From: Halioglobus sp.
Lineage (GTDB): Bacteria > Pseudomonadota > Gammaproteobacteria > Pseudomonadales > Halieaceae
Assembly (NCBI GenBank): GCA_029246385.1
Contig: JAQWNG010000044.1
Location: forward strand, 6,270-70,269
Direction of reading: 5' to 3'
Length of the DNA: 64,000 bases
Shown: positions 26,404 through 39,538 of the stretch, one piece after another
Numbering within the stretch: the stretch's first letter is position 1
Layout: each line of letters opens with the position of its first letter
Notes under the pieces: model-generated
Seen by the model: only the letters and a program-made list of their open reading frames with translations
Told to the model about the DNA's origin: nothing
Databases searched by the model: none
Position numbers and translations under genes: made by a program

Positions 26404-28044
26404 CTACGCTCCCGCTGCCGGGAAGGCATAATCTTTAAACATCTGCCGCAACTTGACCTTCTGCACTTTGCCGGTAGCCGTATGTGGCAGCTCATCGATA
26501 AACTCTACTCCGTCCGGCGTCCACCATTTGGCGATCTTACCGTCAAACCACGCCAACATCTCCTCAGCGGTGAGATCCTGTGAATCAGCTCCACGCACCA
26601 CAATCAACAGGGGTCGTTCGCTCCACTTGGGATGGAAATGCCCGATGACCGCCGCTTCCGCAACTTTGGGGTGATCAGTCGCCGCGTTTTCGACTTCGAT
26701 AGAGGAAATCCACTCACCGCCCGACTTGATAACGTCTTTGATACGATCAGTGATGGCCATGTAGCCCTGTGGGTCGATGGTGGCCACATCACCGGTCTCG
26801 AACCAACCCTCATGCGCATGAGCATCAGACCCCTGCAATTTAAAATAACTAGAACACACCCAGGGTCCTCTTACCAGAAGCGAACCAAAGGCCACACCGT
26901 CCCAAGGCAAGTCGTGGCCTTCATCGTCAACAATTTTCATCTCTACGCCGAAAATTTTCCGGCCTGCTTTGAGACGCACTTTGGCAAATTCCTGCTCGCC
27001 TAAACTGTCTCTGGAATCCATGCTCGCGTTGACCGAACCCAAGGGGCTCATCTCCGTCATGCCCCAACCGACCCGCACCTCTACACCGTAGTGATCAAAA
27101 TCCTCCATCACGGAGAGGGGACAGGCGGCCCCACCGACAATGATTTGTCGCAGCGAAGCAACCTCTTCACCGGAGGCCTTCAGATGCGCGAGCATGCCCA
27201 ACCATACGGTAGGGACACCCGCCGAGAGCGTTACACCCTCCTCGTTAATTAGGGTCGCCATAAACTTCCCGTCACCCATTCTGTTGCCGGGCAACACCAA
27301 CTTCGCGCCGGCCATGGGGCAGGCATAGGGATTACCCCATGCGTTGACATGGAACATGGGCACGATTGGCATCACGACATCGCGCTGAGAAATACCCAAT
27401 GCGTCCGGCATCATGGCCGCGTAAGCGTGCAAGATAGTAGAACGGTGGGAATACAATACACCCTTCGGGTTACCGGTTGTGCCCGAGGTGTAGCACAGGG
27501 CACAGGCGGCATTCTCGTCCAACGGTGCCCACTGGAATGTTTCATCTCCGGCCGCAACCAGTGTTTCATAGCAAATGACATTAGGCAGACTGGTTTCGGG
27601 CATAGCCTCTGCGCTCGTCATGATTACCCACGCCTGCACTGTGGGACACTGATCCGCTAGACTTTCCGCCAGCGACACAAAGTCCGGATCGATACAAACG
27701 TAGCGATCTTCTGCATGGTTAATGATATAGGCAAGCTGCTCTGGGAAAAGGCGGGGGTTAATCGTGTGGCAGACATAGCCGCTGCAGGCAGCGGCATAAT
27801 AAATCTCGAAATGCCGGTAATCATTCCAGGCCAATGTGGCAATCCGGTCGCCCTGTTCCAGGCCCCAAAGGGTCATGCCATCTGACAACTTACGCGTGCG
27901 CGCAAATGCTTCTCGGTAAGTATAGCGATGTCGTGGTTGGTCGCCCATTACCGAGACAATCTCAACATCGCCGTTAATGCGCTCCGCGTGCTCTGCGATG
28001 GAGGCAATGGATAATTGCATGTTCATCATCAATCCGTTCATCAC
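26404..28044 (-). CDS. medium/long-chain fatty-acid--CoA ligase (AlkK-like)
   Basis: 546 aa, collinear with my recollection of Pseudomonas AlkK: IATLAWNDYRHFEIYYA, CHTINPRLF, YTSGTTGNPKGVLYSHRS, PMFHVNAWG, IKSGGEWISS. Confidence 0.85.
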   Translation of the reverse strand: MMNGLMMNMQLSIASIAEHAERINGDVEIVSVMGDQPRHRYTYREAFARTRKLSDGMTLWGLEQGDRIATLAWNDYRHFEIYYAAACSGYVCHTINPRLFPEQLAYIINHAEDRYVCIDPDFVSLAESLADQCPTVQAWVIMTSAEAMPETSLPNVICYETLVAAGDETFQWAPLDENAACALCYTSGTTGNPKGVLYSHRSTILHAYAAMMPDALGISQRDVVMPIVPMFHVNAWGNPYACPMAGAKLVLPGNRMGDGKFMATLINEEGVTLSAGVPTVWLGMLAHLKASGEEVASLRQIIVGGAACPLSVMEDFDHYGVEVRVGWGMTEMSPLGSVNASMDSRDSLGEQEFAKVRLKAGRKIFGVEMKIVDDEGHDLPWDGVAFGSLLVRGPWVCSSYFKLQGSDAHAHEGWFETGDVATIDPQGYMAITDRIKDVIKSGGEWISSIEVENAATDHPKVAEAAVIGHFHPKWSERPLLIVVRGADSQDLTAEEMLAWFDGKIAKWWTPDGVEFIDELPHTATGKVQKVKLRQMFKDYAFPAAGA

Positions 28045-28137
28045 TACATTCCTCTTGTTACTTTTTCGTTGTGAGCCTATTCGGTACTAGGCTATTGATC
28101 ATGCAGAGCATCGATTGGGCAAGGCGCAGCACGCTTC

Positions 28138-28974
28138 TCACGCGCCCAGTATCTCCCAGGTATCATCCGGTGTATGTTGCTGCGCCCGATTTTCCTCACG
28201 CAATTTAATTAGGTGCGCACTGAGCGAAAGCTGTGCCATCTTGTGCAGACTGGTGTCGACATCGTCATAAACGACCTTCACCAGCTCATCTAGCGGCACA
28301 CGGCCGGTGCTGCGCAGACCGTCGATGACCTTTTGCTCGCGCATCAGCCGGTGATTCACCAACCAGTCCACTGTCGCTCTTGGTTCAGACATGACATCAC
28401 CATGGCCTGGAGCAATGAATTGCATGGGATAATCTAGCAGCCGCTGCAGAGATTCAATATAGAACTTCATATTGCCACTTGGCGGAATAATCACCACTGT
28501 AGACCCATTCATCACGTGATCACCTGCAAACATCATTCCCTCTTCCTCAAGGAAGAAGCAATAATGATTTCCCACATGACCCGGGGTATGCACCGCGCGC
28601 AACGTAAATTCTTTTGTCGTCAGGGCATAATCGTGTTGCAACTCTATGGTCGGCTTGAACGTCGTGTCCTGAAACATATCGTCCGGCGGAGACGCGCCAA
28701 TAACCTGGGCTCCTGTAGCCTCTGCGACGGCCTTCCAAGCCGGAGAGTGATCGGGATGGGTGTGGGTACAAACGATCCAGCGAATGCGGTCACCGGCGGT
28801 GTCCAATATGGCATCAATATGCGCGGGCAGCGCCGGACCAGGGTCCAGCACCGCCACCTCCTCATCACCCAGCAAATATGTGTTGGTGCCCGGCCCTGTC
28901 ATTACACCCGCATTGGATGCGACCAACCGCCTGACCCTGCCGTTCAGTCGAAAAGGGACTCCGTGTTCAAACAT
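28138..28974 (-). CDS. MBL-fold metallo-hydrolase
   Basis: 278 aa. Motifs: CTHTHPDHSPA (HxHxDH), HTPGH, GDH, and a C-terminal winged-helix-like tail as in LACTB2-type proteins. Confidence 0.8.
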   Translation of the reverse strand: MFEHGVPFRLNGRVRRLVASNAGVMTGPGTNTYLLGDEEVAVLDPGPALPAHIDAILDTAGDRIRWIVCTHTHPDHSPAWKAVAEATGAQVIGASPPDDMFQDTTFKPTIELQHDYALTTKEFTLRAVHTPGHVGNHYCFFLEEEGMMFAGDHVMNGSTVVIIPPSGNMKFYIESLQRLLDYPMQFIAPGHGDVMSEPRATVDWLVNHRLMREQKVIDGLRSTGRVPLDELVKVVYDDVDTSLHKMAQLSLSAHLIKLREENRAQQHTPDDTWEILGA

Positions 28975-28978
28975 AGAT

Positions 28979-30169
28979 TCAAACCATATTGTTAATAGGA
29001 ACTTCGGGGCTTATATCAGCGCTGTAATCCACGCCGTCTACTTCAAAACCGAATAACTGCAGAAACTCTCGCTTATAACCGTCAAAATCCGACAGCTGGC
29101 GCAGCGTTTCGGTATTGACACCCTGCCACAGCGACGCCACCGCTGCTTGTATCGCCGGATCCAGCTCTTTAGCGTCGGCGCGCAAGCGGCCCTCCTCATC
29201 CAGATAAGGATCAGCGCTGTAGAGTGAATCACGGAACAATCCGTCTATTTGCTCGATGCAACCCTCATGGCTGCCCTGCTCCTTCATCACCTTGAACAGC
29301 AGCGCCAAGTAAATCGGCATGGCAGGAATCGCCGCGCTAGCCTGAGTGACTACCGCCTTGAGGACTGACACACGAGCGTCTCCACCCTTTGCCGCCATAC
29401 GCTCACGGATAGCAACGACGCGCTTGTCTAGGTCTTTTTTGGCTGCACCGATGGTGCCATGCCAGTAGATATCCCAGGTCAGCTTTTCTCCAATATAGGT
29501 ATAGGCGGTAGTCTTCGCGCCATCAGCCAGTACACCGGCATCGTCCAGCGCATCAATCCACATCTGCCAGTCTTCGCCGCCCATGACGGCCACTGTATTA
29601 TCTATTTCATCCTGAGTAGCACGCTCCAAATGAAAGTCCTGCACCTCCTCTTTATCGGTATTGACGCCCTTTTGTACGGCATCACCGCCGATAGGCTTGA
29701 GTGTCGAATTGTGCACAACACCGGTAACCGGGTGTTGCCGGCGTGGTGACGCCAAGCTGTAGACCACCAAATCAATCTGCCCCATATCGGCTTTGATGGT
29801 GTCGATAGCCTTCTGCTTGACTTCGTTGCTAAAGGCATCGCCATTGATACTTTTCGCATACAGACCAGCGGCCTCTGCGTGGCTGTGGAACGCCGCCGAG
29901 TTGTACCAGCCAGCTGTTCCCGGTTTAGTCTGCGTGCCCTCTTTTTCAAAGAAGATTCCAAGCGTCTTAGCACCGCACCCGAACGCCGCCGTAATACGCG
30001 ATGACAAGCCGTAACCGGTGGATGCGCCAATCACCAGCACACGGTTTGGACCCTCTGCTATTGGCCCCTGAGACTGCACGTACGCTATTTGTCGCTTAAT
30101 ATTGGCGTCGCAACCGGCAGGGTGACTCGTGATGCAAAGAAATCCGCGGACACGTGGTTTAATGATCAT
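28979..30169 (-). CDS. fabV: enoyl-[acyl-carrier-protein] reductase (NADH), FabV type
   Basis: The track ORF extends to 30286. ATG at 30169 gives [31 protein letters not shown] (396 aa), collinear end to end with Vibrio FabV. Confidence 0.9.
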   Translation of the reverse strand: MIIKPRVRGFLCITSHPAGCDANIKRQIAYVQSQGPIAEGPNRVLVIGASTGYGLSSRITAAFGCGAKTLGIFFEKEGTQTKPGTAGWYNSAAFHSHAEAAGLYAKSINGDAFSNEVKQKAIDTIKADMGQIDLVVYSLASPRRQHPVTGVVHNSTLKPIGGDAVQKGVNTDKEEVQDFHLERATQDEIDNTVAVMGGEDWQMWIDALDDAGVLADGAKTTAYTYIGEKLTWDIYWHGTIGAAKKDLDKRVVAIRERMAAKGGDARVSVLKAVVTQASAAIPAMPIYLALLFKVMKEQGSHEGCIEQIDGLFRDSLYSADPYLDEEGRLRADAKELDPAIQAAVASLWQGVNTETLRQLSDFDGYKREFLQLFGFEVDGVDYSADISPEVPINNMV

Positions 30170-30355
30170 TGGCAAATCTATCCTGTCATATGGATCGATG
30201 TCAGACCTAGGCGAAGCCAGCCCAACTTGAAAACGGCCTAGAAGTTTAGCATATCGGCTGCACACTGCCGCAAGTAGTGTTGCCATGGCATCTTGTGTTC
30301 GCCACTCACTTGACGTTCAATAGTCTCCCTTTGCCAACAAACTGCTAGTGTCTGT

Positions 30356-30934
30356 ATGCTGACATCCCCTCTTCGCTTTGCCACTCCTCAAGCCTGGACC
30401 ACCGTGGTTATGGGAGACTTTGATCGTTTTTTACTCGACCATGCGGCGGCTGAAAAAAAAGCGTCAGGCATGGCAATCTCTATGCTATCGCACTACCCGG
30501 ATCGCACCGAACTGGTGGCGGCTATGGCAGACCTAGCGATAGAGGAACTCACCCATTATCGCGAAGTACTCAAATGGATACACCACCGTGGACTCATAAC
30601 CACGTCAGACCAGAAGGATCCGTATGTCGGTGCATTCCGCCAATCACTGCGGCAGGGCAGTGACATCTATTTTCTGGATCGTCTGTTGACCGCGAGTATT
30701 ATAGAAGCCAGAGGAGCCGAACGTTTTTCACTGGTCGCCGAAGCTTTAGAGCCCGGTCCATTGAAGAAATTCTATCAATCCATTGCCCGCTCCGAGGCAC
30801 GCCACTTTGAACTATTTCTAGAACTGGCAAAAACCTATCTTGACCCCGACATGATTGCCCAGCGCTGGGATGAACTGTTGGACATCGAAGCCAATATCGT
30901 GGCAACTTTACCTATACGGCCAGCACTGCACTAA
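30356..30934 (+). CDS. miaE: tRNA-(ms2io6A37)-hydroxylase, di-iron
   Basis: 192 aa. Ferritin-like motifs: DHAAAEKKA, ELTHYREV, EARGAERF, SEARHFELF. Confidence 0.8.
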   Translation: MLTSPLRFATPQAWTTVVMGDFDRFLLDHAAAEKKASGMAISMLSHYPDRTELVAAMADLAIEELTHYREVLKWIHHRGLITTSDQKDPYVGAFRQSLRQGSDIYFLDRLLTASIIEARGAERFSLVAEALEPGPLKKFYQSIARSEARHFELFLELAKTYLDPDMIAQRWDELLDIEANIVATLPIRPALH

Positions 30935-30950
30935 TGGAGCTCACTCGCTA

Positions 30951-32336
30951 ATGCATAAGAGTGTCGCCCTGCAGCGCTATCTGCGAAGGCACACAGAGAC
31001 GGGTCTGCCTAGCCACCGTTTTGAGCAACCCCATTGGCTTCAGGTGGTAATTATTCCCGCCTATAGAGAATCACCTGCCTTACTCAAAATATTGGAGCAG
31101 ATGCCAGCAGCCAGTGGTCACACACTTATCATTCTTGTACTGAACAGGCCGGATACGGATTGCGACCTACAGGCCAACGCGGAACTGCGAATGGCCCTGC
31201 AAAGTGGCACGTTGCCGCAGGCGCAGCGTGGCTCAGTCGCCGTTAAATGTTTGAACGAGCACACTGATCTTTACCTACACGATATTGAATTACTGTGCGG
31301 ACCGACACCGGCGGCTCTCGGGGTCGGACTAGCGCGTAAGTCGGGCTGCGATTTGGCGCTGCAATGGATGGTCGCTGGCGGCATCAGCGGACAATGGCTT
31401 TGCTGCACGGACGCAGACGCCAACGTGCCACAGGATTACTTCGAACAACTCGATAGCGCATCTGTGGATGCAGTCGCTGCGATTTTTCCCTTCCAACATA
31501 TGCCGGGCGAAACGCAGGGCTGCAATAGCGCCACTGCGTTATATGAACTGCGCCTGAATCACTATGTGCTGGGATTGGAATATGCTGGCTCGCCCTATGC
31601 ATATCATACGCTGGGAAGTTGCATTGCCATCCGGGCCAACGCTTATGTAAAAGTGCGCGGCTTTCCAAAGCGCGCTGGCGCCGAGGATTTTTATATGCTG
31701 AACAAACTAGCCAAAATTGGGCCTATTAGCCGGCTGTCAGGGCAGCGTATTCAGCTGCAATCGCGACACTCCTCGCGGGTCCCTTTTGGAACAGGTCCAG
31801 CGGTAGCCGCTATCATTGCAGCCGGGTTGCCAGAGGATGCTCCGGTCTTCGACCATCCCCGCTGTTTCGAGGCACTTCAAGCATTACTCGCAAGCCTGCC
31901 TGAACTGACCCAATCCCCCGAAGCGGCGCTTGCCCCACTTTTCGTTAGACAGGGGCTTGACGCGACTGTGGCTAAGCAATCAGATGCCGCGCTGCAGGCC
32001 CTGGGAATACGATCGGGCCTCGCCCACTGTCAACGACAAAGCACGTCGAGCGCACAATTCCAGCGTCAGTTTCACCAGTGGTTTGATGCCTTTCGCACAC
32101 TGAAATTTATTCACTTGATGAGCGACGCTGGCTGGGAGCAACAATCCCTGACACAGCTAAAGGCATTACAATCAACATTTTGGCCTGCTGGCCAGGCAGC
32201 CAGCGCACAGCACCGAGCGACTGCGCCTCAACCTGCGCCCAGTGAACTACGATTGACCGCGGTGGCTGGACAACAAACTAACGCTCACGGGCCTCTTGGC
32301 AGGCCCATCAAAAGCTCTCTTCACGCTAGCGAGTGA
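30951..32336 (+). CDS. GT-A fold (family-2-like) glycosyltransferase of unknown specificity with a low-complexity C-terminus
   Basis: The track ORF starts inside miaE at 30855. ATG at 30951 lies 16 nt after the miaE stop, giving 461 aa. Motifs: VVIIPAYRESP, CTDADANVP (DxD), GAEDFYMLNKL. Confidence 0.6.
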   Translation: MHKSVALQRYLRRHTETGLPSHRFEQPHWLQVVIIPAYRESPALLKILEQMPAASGHTLIILVLNRPDTDCDLQANAELRMALQSGTLPQAQRGSVAVKCLNEHTDLYLHDIELLCGPTPAALGVGLARKSGCDLALQWMVAGGISGQWLCCTDADANVPQDYFEQLDSASVDAVAAIFPFQHMPGETQGCNSATALYELRLNHYVLGLEYAGSPYAYHTLGSCIAIRANAYVKVRGFPKRAGAEDFYMLNKLAKIGPISRLSGQRIQLQSRHSSRVPFGTGPAVAAIIAAGLPEDAPVFDHPRCFEALQALLASLPELTQSPEAALAPLFVRQGLDATVAKQSDAALQALGIRSGLAHCQRQSTSSAQFQRQFHQWFDAFRTLKFIHLMSDAGWEQQSLTQLKALQSTFWPAGQAASAQHRATAPQPAPSELRLTAVAGQQTNAHGPLGRPIKSSLHASE

Positions 32337-32360
32337 AGACCGCTCCACTTGCCGTGAACG

Positions 32361-33695
32361 TTACAAACTGAGCTGACGAATATCACCAAGCAACGACACT
32401 ATGCGGGTCAAAAATCGCCCGCCATCGCCACCATTCACTACCCGATGGTCGTAAGATAGCGCAACCGGCAGCAGCGTGCGCGGCAGAAACTCAGTACCAT
32501 TCCAGTGTGGCTTGACGGCGGCCTTCGACACCCCAAGGATAGCCACCTCAGGCGTGTTAACGATAGGTGTAAAACCGTTGCCGCCGATATTACCCAAGCT
32601 GGAAACGGTAAAACACCCGCCCTGCATCTCTGCTGGCAGGAGCTTGCGGTCGCGCGCACGGCTGGCCAAGGCTGCAACTTCATATGCCAATTCCCATATC
32701 GTTTTCCTGTCGACGTCACGAATCACTGGCACCATCAGTCCGGCCGGTGTGTCGACCGCCACACCAATATGAATATATTTCTTGTGAACGAGATCCTCAC
32801 CACCGCGGCCCAGTGAACTGTTAATTTTGGGGTTATCTCGCAGCGCAAGTGCGCTTGCCTTCAACAAAAAAGGCAGAGGCGTAATGCGCGTGGAGCGCTG
32901 CTCGGCCTCAGCCTTGAGCCCCTCGCGGAACGCTTCGAGATCACTAATATCTGCCTCATCGAACTGAGTCACATGGGGCACATTGAGCCAGCTACGGTGC
33001 ATATTGACAGCCGTTAGCTTATCGAGTTTGCTGCGTGGAGTGACTTCGATCTCACCATATTTAGCGAAGTCAGTTTCCTGCACCACAGGAATATCTATGC
33101 CTGCGGTGACTCCGCCTGTCGGTTCACGTATTGACTTGCGCACAAACTGCTGCAGATCCTCTTTGAGGACACGGCCTTGTCGGCCAGTACCCTCCACTCG
33201 TTGCAGCTGAACACCGAGTTCTCGTGCCAGTTTTCGCACAGCAGGGCCTGCATAGACGTGACCACTGGCTTCCACTTCCAGCACAGGCGTATCGCCAGTT
33301 ATAGGTATGTCTTCTACCACCAACTCTTCTTTCGTCGCTGGCACCTCTCGGTCGACGAGTGTCTCTTGTTGCGGCACGACATCATCGACAGCGGACACTT
33401 CACTTGCACCAGTCGCCTGCGCGTCACCGGATACCTCGGCAGCATCCGCGACTTCCTCCGCGACGTCTATCATCGCCACCGCCGCACCCTCTGCCAACTG
33501 ATCGCCTTCCGCCACCAACAACTCAACGACGGTGCCAGCGGCCGTGGCGGGGATTTCCATAGAGGCTTTGTCAGATTCCAATACAATGAGACCCTGATCC
33601 AGCACAATCTGATCACCCACCTTCACCAGTAGCTCAATCACCTCAGCGCCTTCGGCACCGCCGATATCAGGAACGGTTACTTGTTGTAATGCCAC
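32361..33695 (-). CDS. aceF: dihydrolipoyllysine-residue acetyltransferase (PDH E2), single lipoyl domain
   Basis: 444 aa. There is one lipoyl-attachment motif (ESDKASMEIPA), an E3/E1-binding segment (AGPAVRKLARELGV) and the catalytic DHR..G (SYDHRVVNGG). Confidence 0.9.
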   Translation of the reverse strand: MALQQVTVPDIGGAEGAEVIELLVKVGDQIVLDQGLIVLESDKASMEIPATAAGTVVELLVAEGDQLAEGAAVAMIDVAEEVADAAEVSGDAQATGASEVSAVDDVVPQQETLVDREVPATKEELVVEDIPITGDTPVLEVEASGHVYAGPAVRKLARELGVQLQRVEGTGRQGRVLKEDLQQFVRKSIREPTGGVTAGIDIPVVQETDFAKYGEIEVTPRSKLDKLTAVNMHRSWLNVPHVTQFDEADISDLEAFREGLKAEAEQRSTRITPLPFLLKASALALRDNPKINSSLGRGGEDLVHKKYIHIGVAVDTPAGLMVPVIRDVDRKTIWELAYEVAALASRARDRKLLPAEMQGGCFTVSSLGNIGGNGFTPIVNTPEVAILGVSKAAVKPHWNGTEFLPRTLLPVALSYDHRVVNGGDGGRFLTRIVSLLGDIRQLSL

Positions 33696-33713
33696 GCCGA
33701 CTTCCCTCCTGCT

Positions 33714-36365
<2,652 letters not shown>

Positions 36366-36561
36366 CTCAGCTCAAGCTCCTATAAAGCGGCAAGACCAGT
36401 CACACTCAGCCCTTAATTGATTCCAAAAAAGAACTTATGTGATCCTGGCGCAGGCGATAACAGCGGCAAAGCTCACTGCCGAAACTATAGCAGATTCCAA
36501 ATGCGATGCTCAACTTATCAAGCGCGCACTAGTGGGATCGGAGTCATCTGAATACCGACAG

Positions 36562-36582
36562 TTAGTTCCATATTAGAACTAA
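36562..36582. repeat. 7-bp inverted repeat upstream of aceE
   Basis: TTAGTTC-catatta-GAACTAA, about 200 nt upstream of the aceE start. It does not match the PdhR consensus. Confidence 0.3.
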
Positions 36583-36659
36583 TATGTGAATTTACTGTCC
36601 CTAGACCATCTGCGAACCATGAATCCGCTGAATGCCACGGCGCTTTGTCGCGGCTGGCC

Positions 36660-39533
36660 TTACTCTCGAACGTACGCAGAATGTTGACGCTGAATAGCTT
36701 CGGCTGAGCTGTAACCGTCAAATTTGCCCTCTGGAACGATGCCCTGACGCCCCGGTGCTACGACCTGCAGCGAGTGGCGCTGTGATATAAACACCCGCTC
36801 GTAGTAGCGCCTCCAACTGTCTAGGGTGATGGCCTCCACGGCGGCTGCCATCGTCTGGCGATCCGTGAAGTCAAGATCTTGGCGCGCAATGGCTTGCCAG
36901 AAATATTCGCCTCGCTCCGCCTGATTTTTATCAGGCCGCAAAATATCGCTGAGCAACGACGCCTTGTGGCGCTCAAACTGCGCCTCATCCAGCTGTGGCT
37001 CCACGTTAAGCATAAAATCATTCATTGCTACGACGACCGCATTGGCATCTGCAACCGGCGACTGCACCAGCATGAGCACGCCAGGCACCTGCAACTGGGA
37101 GAAACTGGAGGCGCCAACGACATAGCCCAACTGCTGCTCGGTACGCAAGTCCTGAAAAAAACCTGACGACATGATTTGCGCAGTCAAAGCCGTCGCGGCC
37201 CTATCATGCCAGCTATCTCCGTCTCCCTGCAGGTACCACGCAACCACCGAATCATCATGAGGAACATCCACGACATATTGAGCTGACTCGCCGGCAGCCA
37301 ACTTGAGCACTCTGCGCACGGGCAACGTGGGCGCTGGGTCGCTACTGACAATATCCTGCAACATCGCAGACATTTGTTTCACCTCGCCAGCCTCGTAGTT
37401 CCCATAGATCAATACTTCAGCAGAAGCACCGCGCCAGAATTGCCGGATGTACCCATCAAGTTGACTTAAGTCTGTTGCCTCAAGCGCGGCAATCAAAGCC
37501 GCCTCGCCCCATTGATCGAACACCAGACTTTCCCTCAAATCATCAACAATTTGACGACTAGGGCGCTGGGCGACGGCGTTTTTCAAACTGCGGATCATGC
37601 CGCTGCGAACATCGTCAAAACGGCTTTGGCTGAATTTTGGATCGACGATGCTGTTTAACAAACGTTTTAGTAACAATGTCTGCTTATCATTGTAACCACC
37701 CACCCGCAAACCGATACCTTGAGAATGCTTGTAAAAGGCAAAACTCATCCCCGCCAATTGAGCAGGATAGGCAAACTCGTTTACCTTGTCGGTGAGCAGC
37801 GCTGCATAAAGTGCTCCTCGCGCCGTTTGCTCCGGCGTTTGCCCTGCATCGGGTGAGCGGAAATTGAGATACGTTAATCCCCTAGGCACACGGAACTGGT
37901 CGTCCGGCATATACCAGATTTTTTGCCTACCAGATTGCCGCATGAGCTGCGGTGCGTTCGGCATATTCGCGGGCGCCTCCACCAGTGAGACATTCTCGGC
38001 AATGAACTCGTTAGGCGCCGGCAGATGCAGCGTATCCGCGCCCTTGTCACCGTCTGGCCTGGTAACACGATTAACGTCCAGTGGCTGCCGCGCATAAGGT
38101 ACTTGGTAGTACTCCGAGATCTGATTTCCAACAACAGCCTGGTCGCTGAACGTTACCAGCGCATTATCGGGTCGAAGCTGTTGCAGTAGTTCCGCCAAAA
38201 TCGCCTCGTCATAACCTGTCATCATATAAGGCCCGCGCAAGATATCCTGCGCCGCGTAATACTGCATACCACTCGCCACTGCACTCACGTAACGCATTGG
38301 ACTGTCCTGCTCTCGAAAGCGAAAACTCAGGGCTGCAAGTCTTGCTTGCTCGACATACAGCCAATCTTGAGGGCCTTCTTGACGCAACATATCGACATAG
38401 GCAAAAAGCAATTGCAACACGCTGTCCGGGTCTGCCGCCCCCTTTTCCGTCAGCGAGATATTAACGCTGAACAGCGCACCACCCCGCCATGCCAGTCCTT
38501 GGCCTGCAGATAACCCCTCCGCCAAGCCTTTCTGTTTCAGCGTCGACAGCAAACTGCCCTCGCCCTCATGGCCTATCAGATTACCTAAATAGACCTCCGG
38601 CTTTACATGGTACTGCGCACGGTAATCAGGAAGTGGAAAGGAAACACTCAGTTTCCGCTGCGTAGCCAACGGCTGTACCTGCAGGAACAAAGGCAGACTA
38701 CCCGGCACGAATAAAGGCTCAGCAATCGTTTCACGGTCTAAAAAGCGGTTGGGTATTTGACTGAACAGAGGCGCTGTCAGCGCCTCCAGTTCGTCAAGCG
38801 ACTGCGAACCTAGCACCACCAGACGCATCACATTGGCCGAGTAGTAGGTGTTGTAAAACTGGATCAGATCGTCTCGAATACCAGACTCAGGGAGATCTGC
38901 GAGGGTATCCAGTGCGCCCACCGAAAACTGACTATAGGGGTGCTCCTGATTGAATATCTCCTGCAACACATCGAGCTCACGACGGCTATCGCTCTTTAAC
39001 CCCATTTGATATTCAGCCTCAACCGCGTTTTTTTCGCGCTCCACGTATTGCGCATCAAAGCGGGGCGCAATAAAGAACTGAGCAAACCGGTCAAGCGCCT
39101 CCGGCAAATCAGCGCTGTTGACATCAAAAAAGTAGTTAGTATTCTCAAAGCTGGTGTAGGCGTTGCGACTGCCTCCATGCTCGGTAATGAAGTGTCCATA
39201 TTCGGCCGCATCAGGGTATTTCTCGGTACCCAGAAACAACATATGTTCGAGAAAATGCGCGAGACCTGCGCGACCGCGCGGGTTGTCCCCGCTGCCCACT
39301 AAAATATCTAGCGCAGCCGCAGCTTTCGGGGCATCCGGATCAGAAATCAGCAAAACCTCCAGACTGTTATCTAACGTTAGTAGTCGATAGCTGTAATCGT
39401 CATTTGGACTCTGAGTCGGCTGCGGCCCCAGTGACGAAGTGGTGACGCAGGAGGCCATTAACACGACACTCAACACCAGCGGCATGGCCTTTACGCTATG
39501 CCGGAAACTCAACGCAGACATCAGAAACTCCAT
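36660..39533 (-). CDS. M16-family zinc peptidase (pitrilysin/protease III-like)
   Basis: 957 aa with a signal peptide. It has the inverted zinc motif HFLEHMLFLG (HxxEH) with a downstream E. The length and four-domain size fit PtrA-type enzymes. Confidence 0.85.
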   Translation of the reverse strand: MEFLMSALSFRHSVKAMPLVLSVVLMASCVTTSSLGPQPTQSPNDDYSYRLLTLDNSLEVLLISDPDAPKAAAALDILVGSGDNPRGRAGLAHFLEHMLFLGTEKYPDAAEYGHFITEHGGSRNAYTSFENTNYFFDVNSADLPEALDRFAQFFIAPRFDAQYVEREKNAVEAEYQMGLKSDSRRELDVLQEIFNQEHPYSQFSVGALDTLADLPESGIRDDLIQFYNTYYSANVMRLVVLGSQSLDELEALTAPLFSQIPNRFLDRETIAEPLFVPGSLPLFLQVQPLATQRKLSVSFPLPDYRAQYHVKPEVYLGNLIGHEGEGSLLSTLKQKGLAEGLSAGQGLAWRGGALFSVNISLTEKGAADPDSVLQLLFAYVDMLRQEGPQDWLYVEQARLAALSFRFREQDSPMRYVSAVASGMQYYAAQDILRGPYMMTGYDEAILAELLQQLRPDNALVTFSDQAVVGNQISEYYQVPYARQPLDVNRVTRPDGDKGADTLHLPAPNEFIAENVSLVEAPANMPNAPQLMRQSGRQKIWYMPDDQFRVPRGLTYLNFRSPDAGQTPEQTARGALYAALLTDKVNEFAYPAQLAGMSFAFYKHSQGIGLRVGGYNDKQTLLLKRLLNSIVDPKFSQSRFDDVRSGMIRSLKNAVAQRPSRQIVDDLRESLVFDQWGEAALIAALEATDLSQLDGYIRQFWRGASAEVLIYGNYEAGEVKQMSAMLQDIVSSDPAPTLPVRRVLKLAAGESAQYVVDVPHDDSVVAWYLQGDGDSWHDRAATALTAQIMSSGFFQDLRTEQQLGYVVGASSFSQLQVPGVLMLVQSPVADANAVVVAMNDFMLNVEPQLDEAQFERHKASLLSDILRPDKNQAERGEYFWQAIARQDLDFTDRQTMAAAVEAITLDSWRRYYERVFISQRHSLQVVAPGRQGIVPEGKFDGYSSAEAIQRQHSAYVRE

Positions 39534-39538
39534 GAGAT

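Noticed and set aside
28074-28093. A hairpin AGCCTA-N8-TAGGCT between the MBL hydrolase and the AlkK-like ligase, as an internal terminator.
   Set aside because: It has a 6-bp stem, no U-tract on the transcribed (minus) strand, and the genes appear to be co-transcribed.
30170-30286. N-terminal extensions of track ORFs (fabV here). The same applies at 10126-10188, 12335-12460, 19844-19936, 25865-25909, 30855-30950, 42070-42174, 48593-48643, 50494-50568 and 55636-55671.
   Set aside because: The extensions overlap upstream genes or encode non-homologous leader sequence. Internal starts give N-termini that match the protein families and usually have a Shine-Dalgarno-like sequence or ATGA coupling.
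36562-36582. The inverted repeat upstream of aceE, considered as a PdhR operator.
   Set aside because: TTAGTTC-N7-GAACTAA does not resemble the PdhR consensus (AATTGGT-N3-ACCAATT), and no pdhR gene is adjacent. It is kept only as an unexplained repeat.
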